The notes under the pieces were generated by a model. That model worked only from the letters and a program-made list of their open reading frames with translations, did not search any database and was not told the DNA's origin. The position numbers and the translations under genes were made by a program. Below are positions 1 through 11,212 of a stretch of DNA of 64,000 nucleotides, one piece after another; the stretch's first letter is position 1; each line of letters starts with the position of its first letter. This stretch comes from Carcharhinus amblyrhynchos (taxonomy: Eukaryota): NCBI GenBank assembly GCA_965287045.1, contig OZ336875.1, positions 74,772,001 to 74,836,000 on the forward strand, given 5' to 3'.

Positions 1-807
1 AAGCCTCCAACCACTTGGGAGAGAAATGGTCGTAAAATTCTGATCTCTGATATTGCAACACATGAGTACAACAGATGTACATGCCTGAAGATTTGATCCT
101 CCTGCCCAAATTTCACCCAAGTTGGATGGTCCAATTACATAAGTACACTTTATTTACTTTGGCCAATAGCATTCTACCTGTCAGCAGAATTAGGAATTCA
201 TCAGTCAACTGAATCCAGAAGTTCTTTCCTCTGTTGCCTAGTAACCTTACCTACGCAAATCTGGTAGGTTCAAGGGTGCCTCCTAACACCTGCAGTCCTG
301 AGAACTAGAAGGGAGTTGTATTCTCGTCTGTTTTCTGTCCCTTTCAGCAGAGGTTGAATTGCAGCTATTCATTACAGCTAGAAGCTGAATCCTTCTATTC
401 ATTTCGATAACCTTGGATGCCAGTAGCTGCCTGGCCTGCCCCTGATAATAGGATATATGCTCTATGCTTCATTGTTCCAAAAGTATGTGATCTGTCTAAT
501 TATACTTACTTCCCATTATGCTAAGGGGTAAATTGTCTGACTAAAGCTCACAAGAAAATACAAAAATACAGTTTAACTCTACTTGTTCAATATATGTATT
601 GTCTGTACAGGTGTCTTTTTATATACCTTAATGTATATAAAGCACACTGTAGTCCCTGTTTTAAACTAAACTTGTTTTATTGGTCTGAAAAGCAGGGATT
701 TCTGTATACCCTGCTACTGGGAGGCAAGCCATTTAGTGAGGTGCTGGTGTGTTCACATCCCCAGTGATGGGAGTGAAAAGGAATGACCTGAAGCTTTGTC
801 TTTTCAG

Positions 808-890
808 CCTTGAAGATCAAATAGAATTGGTGTCAAATCAAATGTGGGAACTGTTAGAAGGAGCTGATAAAATGGTGGCTGGTAGCACCT
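808..890 (+). CDS. CAPRIN2: CAPRIN2 exon (83 nt): LEDQIELVSNQMWELLEGADKMVAGST, end of HR1 region
   Basis: ttttcag| acceptor, |gtaagt donor; resembles recalled caprin WDLLEG.EK.V.GTTY. Confidence 0.92.
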
Positions 891-1029
891 GTAAGTTCAA
901 ATCTTTTTCTTGGTGAATTTGGGTTTTTATCTTGTGTACTAATTAGTCTGATTTGTGACTCAAATTTCTGGATTGAGTACTCATGTTGATGTGCAATAGT
1001 GACTATCCTCTAAATTTTTTTTCTCCTAG

Positions 1030-1182
1030 ATAAACACCTGAAGGAGGCAATAGGTAAATTATTGAACTGTACCTACTTTGATAGAATTCCAGTTCCTCGC
1101 AATGGGTTGCTGAATGATGACACTGAAGATAAAATCAAAGAGGTGCAAGTAACTTCCAAGGCCTTGTCTGGAAAGGATTCTG
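1030..1182 (+). CDS. CAPRIN2: CAPRIN2 exon (153 nt): YKHLKEAIGKLLNCTYFDRIPVPRNG...KDS
   Basis: ttctcctag| acceptor, |gtacgt donor, phase 1 to 1; resembles recalled YKHLKDLLSKLLNSGYFESIPVP. Confidence 0.92.
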
Positions 1183-1439
1183 GTACGTGAAATGGCAAGA
1201 TCCAACTAGCCAATGTCTTTCAGCTTTCCTATAATCAATAAGGTAGCTAGCCTGGAGTTTCCTGTTTTGTCACCCTCCTTTTATCTCTGACAGAGCATCC
1301 AGAATCTGGACAACTTTGGGAAAATTTAAAATCAATGGGTGGACTTTTACAGCCACTTTGGAATCTTCTAGTCCTGCTGTAATGGATGAACCTTTGAACA
1401 GCTTATTGCCTTTCTGACTGTGCTCCTACCATGATGTAG

Positions 1440-3690
1440 CTGTAACATTTTACCCAATGCATCTACTATCTGCAGTTGCATCTTTCAAGATCCTAGGCTG
1501 AAGTCCCATTAGGCCCTGGGGACTTGGCAGCTTTTGATTTCTGATGATTTTCTCTACCCTTTCCCTGCTGATCACTTACCTTCCTTTCACCTGATTTCTC
1601 CAGTTTTTTCTGGAATGTTATTTGTGTCTCTACAGTGAAGACTGATGCAAGATATCTATTCAAGTCTCCTGCAATTACTTTATTTTCCCATTCCATTAAT
1701 TCCCCCATTCTTGAAAACAACGCTCATACCTCAGACTCTTGGTATCAGTTTTGATGTTTCTAATTACTTTCTCTTGTATTCTAATTTCTTCCTCAATCTT
1801 TTAGTAATTATCTGCTGTATTTTACACTCTTCTGACTTGCGGAGTTGTACATTTAACTTTAGCCATTGATGGGGCATTGACTATCTTTACTGATAATTCT
1901 GAAATATTTCCTCAGTGTCTGCCACTGCATGATCAATTAAATCTCTCCTCTACCTAATTTTGCAGTTCATTTTTGCCAGATGCCCTCAAAATTGCCCTTT
2001 TTTTTTAAAAGAAAGCTCGTCTTAAATGCTCTCCCCTCTCAGACTGAAATTCATGGACACCTTCACTAGGTCATTCACTAATCCTATTTTATTGCATGTT
2101 GCCAGATCAGCATGCAGTCTATGTCCACCTAAAGTGTTGCTCTAAGAAACTGTTGTGACAACGCTGAACTCATGATCCAGGCTAACTTGGTCAATCTGAT
2201 TGTTCAATCCATATGCAGATTAAAATTGCCTGTAATTAATTGCTGCACCTTTCTTACATGTCCACTGTATAGCTGGTCTGTTATAACTGAGGAGGGGATT
2301 GAATCAGCGTTCTCCTATTTGGTCATCCTTGATTGATCACAGCAAAGGAAGCTTTTTTCTTTAGACCAAGATATACCTTTTCCAAATCAGAATGTCTTTA
2401 ATTGTATGCAATAAAAACCAATCAAATAAGATTTCTTGCATCAAAGAGCCCATTTATTAACTACTAAAATGTGTATGTGCTCAAACTGAGGTCATCTCTA
2501 TTGGACTATCATTCCTTAACAGAGCTACCTACTCATCTTTTCCTTGCTTTCTTTCCTAAATCTTGAACATTCATGTCTCAGTCTTTGTCACCATGCATCA
2601 GTATCTCCAGTGACTATCAGATTGTTTATTTCAATTTGTGCTGTTAATTGATCTTTATGAATGCTACATACATTTGGCTACAGAGCCTTTTAGTTCTGTC
2701 TACTTTCTTTGTAACCTCTAGTCTTGGTGCACTTTTTTTGGTTTGTACATTCTGATCATTTAACATTCTTACCTTGCTCTTTTGCCATCTCTATTTCTCT
2801 CATTTACTCCAACTTAATCCTTTGCCCCTAATTTCATTTTAAAGTCCTCTCTATTTCCCTGGTTATGACTAGACAGTGTTCAGGAAAAGACTGAATTAAT
2901 GGTACAGCTCCCAGTTCCCCAGTACTAGTGTCAATGCTCCATGATTTGAAACCCATTTCTTATACACCAGTCTTTAAGTCGTGCAGTCCTTCCTCACATC
3001 TGATTTATCCTATGACAGTTTTTTTATGGTTCAGATCATGCTCCTGAAATCATTCCCTTTGAGTTTCTACTTGGCCTCTAGCTGGTCATACCCCATAAAC
3101 AGAATCTATTTCCTAGTTTAACCTGTCATTGGTACGTATGTGGACCATGACCACTAGATCTTCCTCTCCCACTGCAAATCCTTCTCTAATCCAGATATCC
3201 TGAACTTTGACCAGATAGACAATGCAGCTCTCTGGATTCCTGCTCTTGGGTTTACTGCCCTCCAATTATTTAACTTCCCTTACTTGAATGGCTTCCTGTG
3301 CTGTGGTTAGTTTGCTGAGCCACCCTGCTGCTGCAGCTTTCATCCATACAGGTTGCAAGAACCTTGGACCTATTGGACAATGGCAAAGACTAAGGTTGTA
3401 TCTTCTGGGTACACCTTACTGTCCCTGCTCGCTGACCAAATCAGAAGACCTTATCCTAAGAGGTATGACTGCTTCCTGGTACGTAGGCTGGGATTTTACG
3501 ACCTTTGTTCGGGCAAGGCTCATAAACCCTGCCCAAAGCCAACACAGCATTCTGTTCTATGAGCCATTAACTGCTGAGCCAGTAAAATTCTGGCCAAAGT
3601 GTCCAGTTAACTGTCCCTTGCTCTGCTGCACCAGTGTCTGCAACTTGGCCACTAGCTGGCTGGCTGCATCATAGTTTCTTCAGTTGCAGG
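1440..3690 (-). mobile_element. Old CR1 LINE, 5' half (ORF1 esterase region + ORF2 N-terminal part), degenerate; boundaries approximate
   Basis: Minus strand gives KSPGP(D)G...ILK near 1490-1530 (CR1 ORF2) and VMVHI(G/R)TND near 3125-3150 (SGNH-esterase-type ORF1 motif); many frameshifts. Confidence 0.7.
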
Positions 3691-3704
3691 CACTGACTGC
3701 ACAG

Positions 3705-3945
3705 TCTAGGATCAAGGGCACAGCCTCGAGTAAAGAGATGACTCTCTTTAGAACAGAGGTGAGGAGGAATCTGGAATTCATTGCTACAGAAGGCTGTTGA
3801 TGTCAGTTCATGGAGTGTATTAGGTCCTTGATAAGTGGATCAAAGGTTACAGGGAAAAGGTGGGAGAACGGGGTTGACAAACATCAGCCATGATCAAATG
3901 GTGGAGCAGTGGGCTGCATGGTCTAATTCTGCTCCTATCTCTTAT
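3705..3945 (+). mobile_element. CR1 LINE 3' fragment
   Basis: ggatcaagggcacagcctc...tttagaacagaggtgaggaggaat (RGHSL...FRTEVRR) and tail tctgctcctatctcttatg. Confidence 0.75.
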
Positions 3946-4388
3946 GGCCCAGGATCACACTGGCATTCAGGAGCTCCCACATTCTGCAGCTACAATTTCT
4001 CATGGAGGCAGATTCTATTGCAGCACTAGGGGGAAGAAGCAGGAAATAGTACTAAGCCATGATGGGCTAAATGGTCTCCTGCAATGTGACAATTCTGCTT
4101 TATTTTGTAATTAAGTACTGTACTCCCAACCTTACAGTAAGGTGTGTTTTGAAGATAAGATATCCACCAACCAATCACTTATGTTTTCATGTGATGTCAA
4201 CTTGGATTTCTCTGTGTGGCTGTTTAGCTCTGGAGCCAGTGGATAATTGGAAAGCTATTCCATGTGTGGTTACTACTTCAGGGCCCTGTTTTCCACCATT
4301 GACGTGACTCCCCCGCCCCTTGTTCTGTAAATACCCAAGTTATATTATTGGATTTTTACCATAATCTGAATGATTTGGCAGTCGATTT

Positions 4389-4510
4389 AACTCAGTTAGC
4401 TGAACAGCTGTTTGTGATGCAGAGCAGTGCTGGCAGTGTGGGTTGAATTTCTGTACTGGCTGAAGTTATTCCTGAAGCCCCTGCCTTCTTGAGCCTTGCC
4501 TGAGGTGTGG
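4389..4510 (+). mobile_element. tRNA-derived SINE fragment (same family as 6820-7028)
   Basis: Shares tttgtgatgcagagc...ccttgcctgaggtgtgg with the copy at 6820; A/B-box-like head. Confidence 0.55.
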
Positions 4511-6145
4511 GTTTTAAACTGTTTCACTGTATTATCATGTAGTTTCATAATTTGAAATCCAAATTTATTTAATAATTGGCTTTAAATTCCTAGACTGCTC
4601 TGGTGTTGTATCACTATCAGTTCAGCTGTCTAGATTTCTAGTTCAGTAACCCAATTACTGTACCTTGCATGGCTTCATTAAATATTAAGACCTGAATCTG
4701 CAATTAACTTCATTTGCCTCCTAATATTGGCGAATGAGAACTAATGTAAACCTTTCCTTTAGGTTGGATATGGAGAAGTCTTGGTATTGTTGCACTGCAC
4801 AAACTATTCTGTAGTGCATGTTAGTAGAATTGGCTCTAATGAGGGCTTTCCTTTAATTCTGCTAGTGTAAACATACATTTTCCCATAAGTGTTTAATTTT
4901 TTTTGTGGTTTTGCTTCTTTAGTGATTGAGTGAAGCTCGATTCCTTTTTCATAGGGTTGAATGCTTTGCGATGGGGCTTAGCCCTATGAGTTCGCTGTCC
5001 TTGGTTTTCAATAACATAGCCACATTTTTGGGATCCTTGCCCAGTTTGACAGTATTGAGTTTTTTGACTTTGGAATTTTTTTTGCTTCAAACAAATAGGA
5101 AGGCAGAACTCAAGAAACCTCTTGGGCAGAAAATGTGCTTCAGTTTTGATTTAAAAAAAAACTGCCCTGAAAAGATGCTCCAGTATCTATCTTGTTCTGT
5201 CCTTTTTCACATACTTGAAAGATGAAATTATTCTGCAAGTGTGAAGAGGTGACTTAACAACAAGGGACATTGAGTACTGATGTATTCTTTCATTATTTTG
5301 ACCATTTGACTATTTAAAATATATATAATTGTGATCAGGGTTCAGTTTTCTGTCAAGCCTTCAATCTTATTGAATGATGGATGTGTAGACTATAAAAATA
5401 GTCTAATATTTGAGTTAGAATGGGAGGAAATTACTTTAGTTTGGGTAGCTCCATTCTATAATGCAATGTATAGATTTGGTAGTTAGTGCATTGAATGTGG
5501 AAGTTTGTTATTGATGGCGGTTTCTATTTTCTTGAGCTGGAGAGGAGTTTTGGCTTTATTTCGGGGGGGGGGGGGGCACGGGGTAGCGTGGAGCAGATGT
5601 GGAATGGTTGGTTAGCTTCAACTTATCATTTTACCTTTTCCCTATTTCTGTGGAATAAGTGTTGTATTTAGTGGGAAATTTTAATCACAAGCTGCACGTG
5701 GTTTTTACAATTGGTCCCATCTAGTCTAACAGCCTGCATGTTTAATTATCTCAAGCACAAAATCCTGCCACTTGCTGTAGAGTAAATGGATTTGCCAATA
5801 TTAGCATTTAATAAGTACTCATTAATACATCACTGGATCCTGGGGTTTAATCTCTATGATGACTTGATGTCTTATAAACTGTAATAGCGGTGGCAGTAAT
5901 CATGCATTTGAACCCAATGCCATCATACTTGTGGATCTTGCAGCTCTTGTGAAAGGTTTTTGTATGTAGCTGTAAGTGGGGGCCCCATGTTTTAAAAACT
6001 GGCTTCAAGGTAAACTTTTTTGAAAACCTTAAAGACTGGATACCTCCTGGAGATTAGCAAAATGTTGAACTGTTAGATTTGGTGCACTTGCTTGCTTGTA
6101 ACCTTTTTGTATGAGTTTTAAACTTACTGCTTTTTTTTATTGCAG

Positions 6146-6192
6146 AGTCTGACCGGCATTTTTTGTGCTCGAGTGAAATGCAGCCAAGAGAG
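6146..6192 (+). CDS. CAPRIN2: CAPRIN2 exon (47 nt): ESDRHFLCSSEMQPRE
   Basis: T-rich tract + tgcag| acceptor, |gtacgt donor, phase 1 to 0; resembles recalled EIQPQE that precedes FLNR. Confidence 0.88.
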
Positions 6193-6819
6193 GTACGTCT
6201 TAGTTTTGCTCATAGCCATCCTTTTCAAATTATGGTTTTGAAGGCTTTTACACTGTCGAGGGGAAATTGTGAAATGAGTACCAGTTACGTGATAACTGTG
6301 CTGCATTTAGTTGTGTTCTGTTTTCCTATATGCACTTCAAATTGATGATAGACTGGGGAAGCAAAACTTGTTTAGGTCATGCTTTCCACATGCTCTGAAT
6401 TACAATCACTGTTTCGATGTAGAATCGTGTTGCTGCATTTCCTACAAAGAACTGTTGAGTAACCAGGTTTTTTTTTTGCTGTTTTGCTAAGTATTGGACA
6501 AAAATGAGAAAGCCCCCTCCCCATCAATAATGCCAAACTCTGTCACTACTGCAGTAGTCTGCCTGAAGTTTGGATGCTTCAAAAGGTTGTGTGGGTTTGA
6601 GATTACTAACACTGAACCACAAACTAATATTCACCTTGGATGGGATTTTCCAATCACACCCAGCCAGAGACTGGAAATTCCAGTGCAAAGTCAACAGATC
6701 TTTAATGGTTTACCGAACCTTCTATCTCACCTGTGATTCCTACAGTGGGCAGGACTAGAAAATTTGTTTCAAGTGTGCTGTTTTTATTCTCAAATGTGTT
6801 TTGTTCATGCTAAAATATC

Positions 6820-7028
6820 TTGGCTGGATAGCTGGTTTGTGATGCAGAGCTATGCCAACAGCATGGGCTCAATTTCCATACGAGGCTATTCATGAAGCAC
6901 TACCTTCTCCACTGTGCCCCTTGCCTGAGGTGTGGTGATCCTTTGGTTAATCATAATGTCAGCTCTCTTCCTCAAGGGGGTGGGGTAGGGGAAGTGTCTA
7001 TCGTCAAGTGGGACTGTGGCAACTTCAC
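6820..7028 (+). mobile_element. tRNA-derived SINE
   Basis: Second copy of the 4389 family, extends further 3'. Confidence 0.55.
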
Positions 7029-7432
7029 TGATGAATATTTCAAAGCCAGATTTTTTTAAGAGAATTATCTTCTGCAAGATTCACTTATAAATAGCTGATC
7101 AGAAACTGATGTGAAGCTGACGATGAAGAAATTGGTAACCATGTTCTGAAAACTTTCTCATTGTCAACCTGACCCATTGAGGCTTTCAGTTGGGTGAATT
7201 TGTACTGCTGGACTGATCATCTTTGCTTTTGATCAGAGGTTGCCTCAACAATCATCTCTTGAGCAGTGGTAACTTTTGCGCTGGACTTGTGTTCAGCTCA
7301 TCATTGGAGGACTAGTGAGCAAATAGCCTTTTCCACTTCAGTAGAATGAGCAGAAATTGAGAGTTTGTGTTTGTTCTGATACTTTGCTCATAGTGGTGAG
7401 TGGAGTTAAATGTAATCGAATTTGTTTCTTAG

Positions 7433-7804
7433 TTTTTGAATAGGCAGTACCTGAACAAAAATGACTATGCTGTAAAACAGCCAGAGAAACCAAGGAACTG
7501 GGAAGCTGAGTATGTTGGCAGGAAGCAAGAGGATGTTCCCAAAACATGGGACACTGCTTACGTCAGTAGAAAGCAGCAGGAGGAAACGTCTCCTAAAAAG
7601 TGGGACGACGAGTATGTTGATGCAAAACAGGACAAGGAATCCCTCAAAAAATGGGGTACAGAGTACGTCAATCAGAAACTGGAGGAGCAGCCCAAAAAGT
7701 GGGATGTACAATATGCTGACGTGCCGGAGACACCAAGGTGGGAATCGGGATCTGTCCCAAAAGAATCAGCTGAACCAAAGAGAAATCTGCCTGAGCCCAA
7801 AGAG
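7433..7804 (+). CDS. CAPRIN2: CAPRIN2 exon (372 nt): FLNRQYLNKNDY... with K-x-W-x3-Y repeats ...NLPEPKE
   Basis: tttcttag| acceptor, |gtgaga donor, open frame (ORF 7436..7819); FLNRQY matches caprin FLNRRY/FVNRQF. Confidence 0.92.
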
Positions 7805-7875
7805 GTGAGAAGGTGGTAGGCTTTGGCCAGGAAATGCTTGTATTTCGTGACTAATGGTCCTCTTTTTCTCTTTAG

Positions 7876-7917
7876 AAACGGGATCGTATATCAAAACACG
7901 AAACTGAAGCAAAGCAA
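7876..7917 (+). CDS. CAPRIN2: Candidate CAPRIN2 micro-exon (42 nt): KRDRISKHETEAKQ
   Basis: Strong polypyrimidine acceptor tctttttctctttag|, donor CAA|gtgggt, phase 0/0, no stop, purine-rich coding-like composition; 71-nt upstream intron. No homology recognised. Confidence 0.6.
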
Positions 7918-9270
7918 GTGGGTAAAACCTAATTTGCTTTGAAGCACCTACTAGTGGTGATGAATGGCACTTGTTTATGAAAATGGCACACATTTTTAAT
8001 TTTGCTGTTGGCTACTATGGTGGGGTGAAGCTTTGGAACACAAATAACAAGGAATTTCTCTTCTAATGGACCTAACTTTTGGAATGAGCCTTTAGCCAGC
8101 CAAGTAGATCTCAAACCCCACATTTGCTCCCCAACAAACTCAACTTCAGCAAATTCTACTTTATACCTACCTTTTTCCCTGTGGATAGGGAAGGAAATGT
8201 GCCACTGTGTTAAATTGGCTAGCATGCTCTGACCCAACACATGATTTAAATGGCTTTTCACCTGACTGGTGTAGGTTATGTTTTGGAGGACGGGTATCGA
8301 AAGTTTGAGCTTGGTTGAAGTGATGAAACAGTCTCCCACGGCCTTTCGGCTGGGTCTTATTTTCAGATTGGGCTCTTGTTGATGTCTGTTGGTTTCTAAT
8401 TTCACGTGTATTGCAGCAAAAGATTTTGTCTCCTTGTTTTGGGGCCCTGGGGAGGGGGATTATTTTCATGAACCCAGGAACCACAGTGACAATGTACAGG
8501 ATTACTTCCATGCTGGATTCACCATGGGCAAGTTCACCTTGCTACTAAAAACAGACTTTTCAACTGAAAAGCAAACTACTTTGGTTTTCTAGCCTCTTTG
8601 TTATCTGACTTGAGCAGAATATTTTGCAGTTAGTTGTGGATCCAGGTTATATTTCTTACTGGATCAAGAGTAACTGGTGAAAGGAAAAAACAAAATATTA
8701 GAACACTAGGCCAGGAAGCTACAATGTGCAAAACAAATACGTGCCTGAATAAAGTCTTGCGCTACCTTTGAATGAACAGTGTTGTGTTGTACTGACTTGT
8801 GGCACCTAGCAGAAAAAACGGAATCTATGTTCGCTAATCGGGATTAGAAGAAACGCTAGTGCTTTAGATCATCCTTGAAGTCCCAACAGATTGTGGCTAT
8901 GGCATTTTTTCTCATACTGAAACAATTGGAAGTTTTTTGTAGATTTACCAAAACTGAACAAAAAAAATTTCCCAGCTAGGTGACGGTTGCAAGCTTTTCC
9001 TTGGTGTCAGTTGCTAACTTCCATCATGCACATCCAATAAAAAATATAACCTGGATCCACAACTAACTGCAAAATATTGTGGTCAAGTCAGATAAGAGGC
9101 TACAAAACCAAAGAAGAATTTTGCTTTTCAATTAGTCTGTTTCTAGTAGCAAGGTGAACTTGCCCATGTTTCTCACTGTCAAGATGTTGTTCCTGTTTTA
9201 AGCAGCTGTTTTCTTTTGGTTTGAATTTTAATGTGGAACTCATCTTGTGAACTGGTTTAAATCCTTTTAG

Positions 9271-9402
9271 GTGTCAAAGGTGGTGCAGCAGGTTACTGGA
9301 GAGTTCTGCTCAAACTCGTCACTGCCAAAGGATCCAGAACTCAGGAGGCAGAAGCTTCAAGACCTGATGTCCCAAATACAAGGGACATGTCATTTCATTC
9401 AG
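9271..9402 (+). CDS. CAPRIN2: CAPRIN2 exon (132 nt): VSKVVQQVTGEFCSNSSLPKDPELRRQKLQDLMSQIQGTCHFIQ; GC donor
   Basis: ccttttag| acceptor; peptide matches recalled LPKDPVLRKEKLQDLMTQIQGTCNFMQ; the in-frame junction requires donor CAG|gcatgt. Confidence 0.92.
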
Positions 9403-10328
9403 GCATGTATTTGTTTTGCACATTGTAGCTTCCTGGCCCAGTGTTCTAATGTTTTTTCCTTTCACCAGTTACTCTTGATCATAAGCTTCAATTGGCATTT
9501 ATGTATTTTTCAAAAGGAACTTGAAATGACAAATAGACTTGTTAGCATTTGAAGGACAGTGGAAAGAGACCATGTGGAATGGCAGTGTATGCAGCCTGCT
9601 CCCCAGGCCTTTTGGGAGCCCTAGATTTGGTACATGTTTGCAGATGACTTGAATTTAAAATAGTTGACTTCAGGAGAACATAGATGAGCTGTGCAAGTAC
9701 ATGTTGACAAGACGACAGAATTTTTTTAAGCTAAATGATAAAATTTGAAATGGTATGGGGAACAGATGTATACACAGATATTTGAATTTGACAGACCGTT
9801 TGGGAAAGTGGTTAAAAAAGTCATTTATTTTATTTAACAAATGTACCTACTCCACATGACCTTCAGTGGTTCAAGGTGGCTCCCATCACTTTGGGCTGTT
9901 GTTGGTGGCCAATAAATCCCTTAGTCTGGAATGTTTTTTCCTTCAATGACATTCCAGCTAAGATCTAACCACATTCTAATTTGAATTCAGGATGCAGCTA
10001 GGAAGAATGATGGGAAATGCGACTGGTTAGTGTTCCATCACCTACCAAAGCTCAGTGCAGAAATGTTGTGCTGAATATTATTGGTTATTAACGGAATGGA
10101 ACACTGCTTGGCTAAAGGCCAAGTGACCAGGATGAAAACCTGTTCAAGTCACTTCACCAGTTATCAGTGCTTTGTTTAGTTTTGTAGTCTTATCTAATGA
10201 ACTAATAATTGCTGGCTTTCCATCCTGTTGCATTAAACAATTTGAATGTTGTGGTACTCAGTTTATTTGAATTTCTAGTCTATTTGAACTTCTAGTCAAT
10301 TTGAACTTTTTTGTTATTACAATTCTAG

Positions 10329-10407
10329 GATTCCATGTTGGATTCTGACACCCCTCCACAAAGTGCTATTGGATCACAAAAGGCAGCAATTTCTCTCAAC
10401 GCTGCAG
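10329..10407 (+). CDS. CAPRIN2: CAPRIN2 exon (79 nt): DSMLDSDTPPQSAIGSQKAAISLNAA
   Basis: ttctag| acceptor, |gtatgg donor, phase 0 to 1; DSMLD continues the FIQDSMLD motif. Confidence 0.88.
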
Positions 10408-11162
10408 GTATGGTGCTTTTCTAACTAAGATTTATTATTGGACCTCAGTTAAACTACTTCCATCTACTGTGCAAGGTAACCAACATGCAGCCATTTTAAT
10501 TTAAAGCTATACTTGTGCTTGGATATCTGAAGTTGGATTTTGAGTTGTAAGAGCTTTAAAGCAAGGCATTTTGTTTAAAACTTTTAATGGATGTTAACAC
10601 TTGCTAGTAGACATCTGGCATCAGAAATTGTTCACTTGAAGTATGTATATGAGAGAAAAGCAGAAGGGCTTGTGTTTGAGCATTGGCAAGATCTGCGATT
10701 TAGTAATGGCACAACTTTTGGAGAATTGTTGCAACAGTTTTCAGGCTAGTGAATGGATTTAACAAAAGCAAAATGCTGGACACCTGAAATAACAATGCTG
10801 AGAAAACTCAGCAATCTGTAGAGAGAGAGAGAAACTGAGTCCATACATAATATACTGGACCAGATGGATTTAATTGTTGAAAAATTAGATGTGGCTCGCT
10901 CTTGTCCTTTTAACTGAGACGGACCAAGCCTAAAGAGAATTTCAGATGAAGATGTAATTGAGAAAATACCACTCGGCACTAATTGAATAGCTTGCCGGGG
11001 AGCATTTTGTTCCTAATGTATTTTTAGTGAATTGCTGCAAGGAGAGAAATTTGTTCTGACTGTTAGCTGTTGATTCCCATGTGACTGAAGTGGAACTGTT
11101 GGATGTAGTCTTGTATTGCATTTCCTGAATATTGGTGAGCCCAAGTGCCTGGCCCTTCACAG

Positions 11163-11212
11163 ATCATTTGGAGATGCCAGCATTGGATGGGGTAAACACA
11201 GTAAGAAGTCTC
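11163..11212 (-). mobile_element. Solo 3'-terminal ~50-nt piece of the Penelope family at 19641-22825
   Basis: Reverse complement gagacttcttactgtgtttacccca.tccaa...tggcatctcca matches 22776-22825. Confidence 0.75.

Noticed and set aside
9403-9552. C-terminal extension of ORF 9271..9552 (ACICFAHC...)
   Set aside because: T-rich intron sequence; homology resumes in the exon at 10329.
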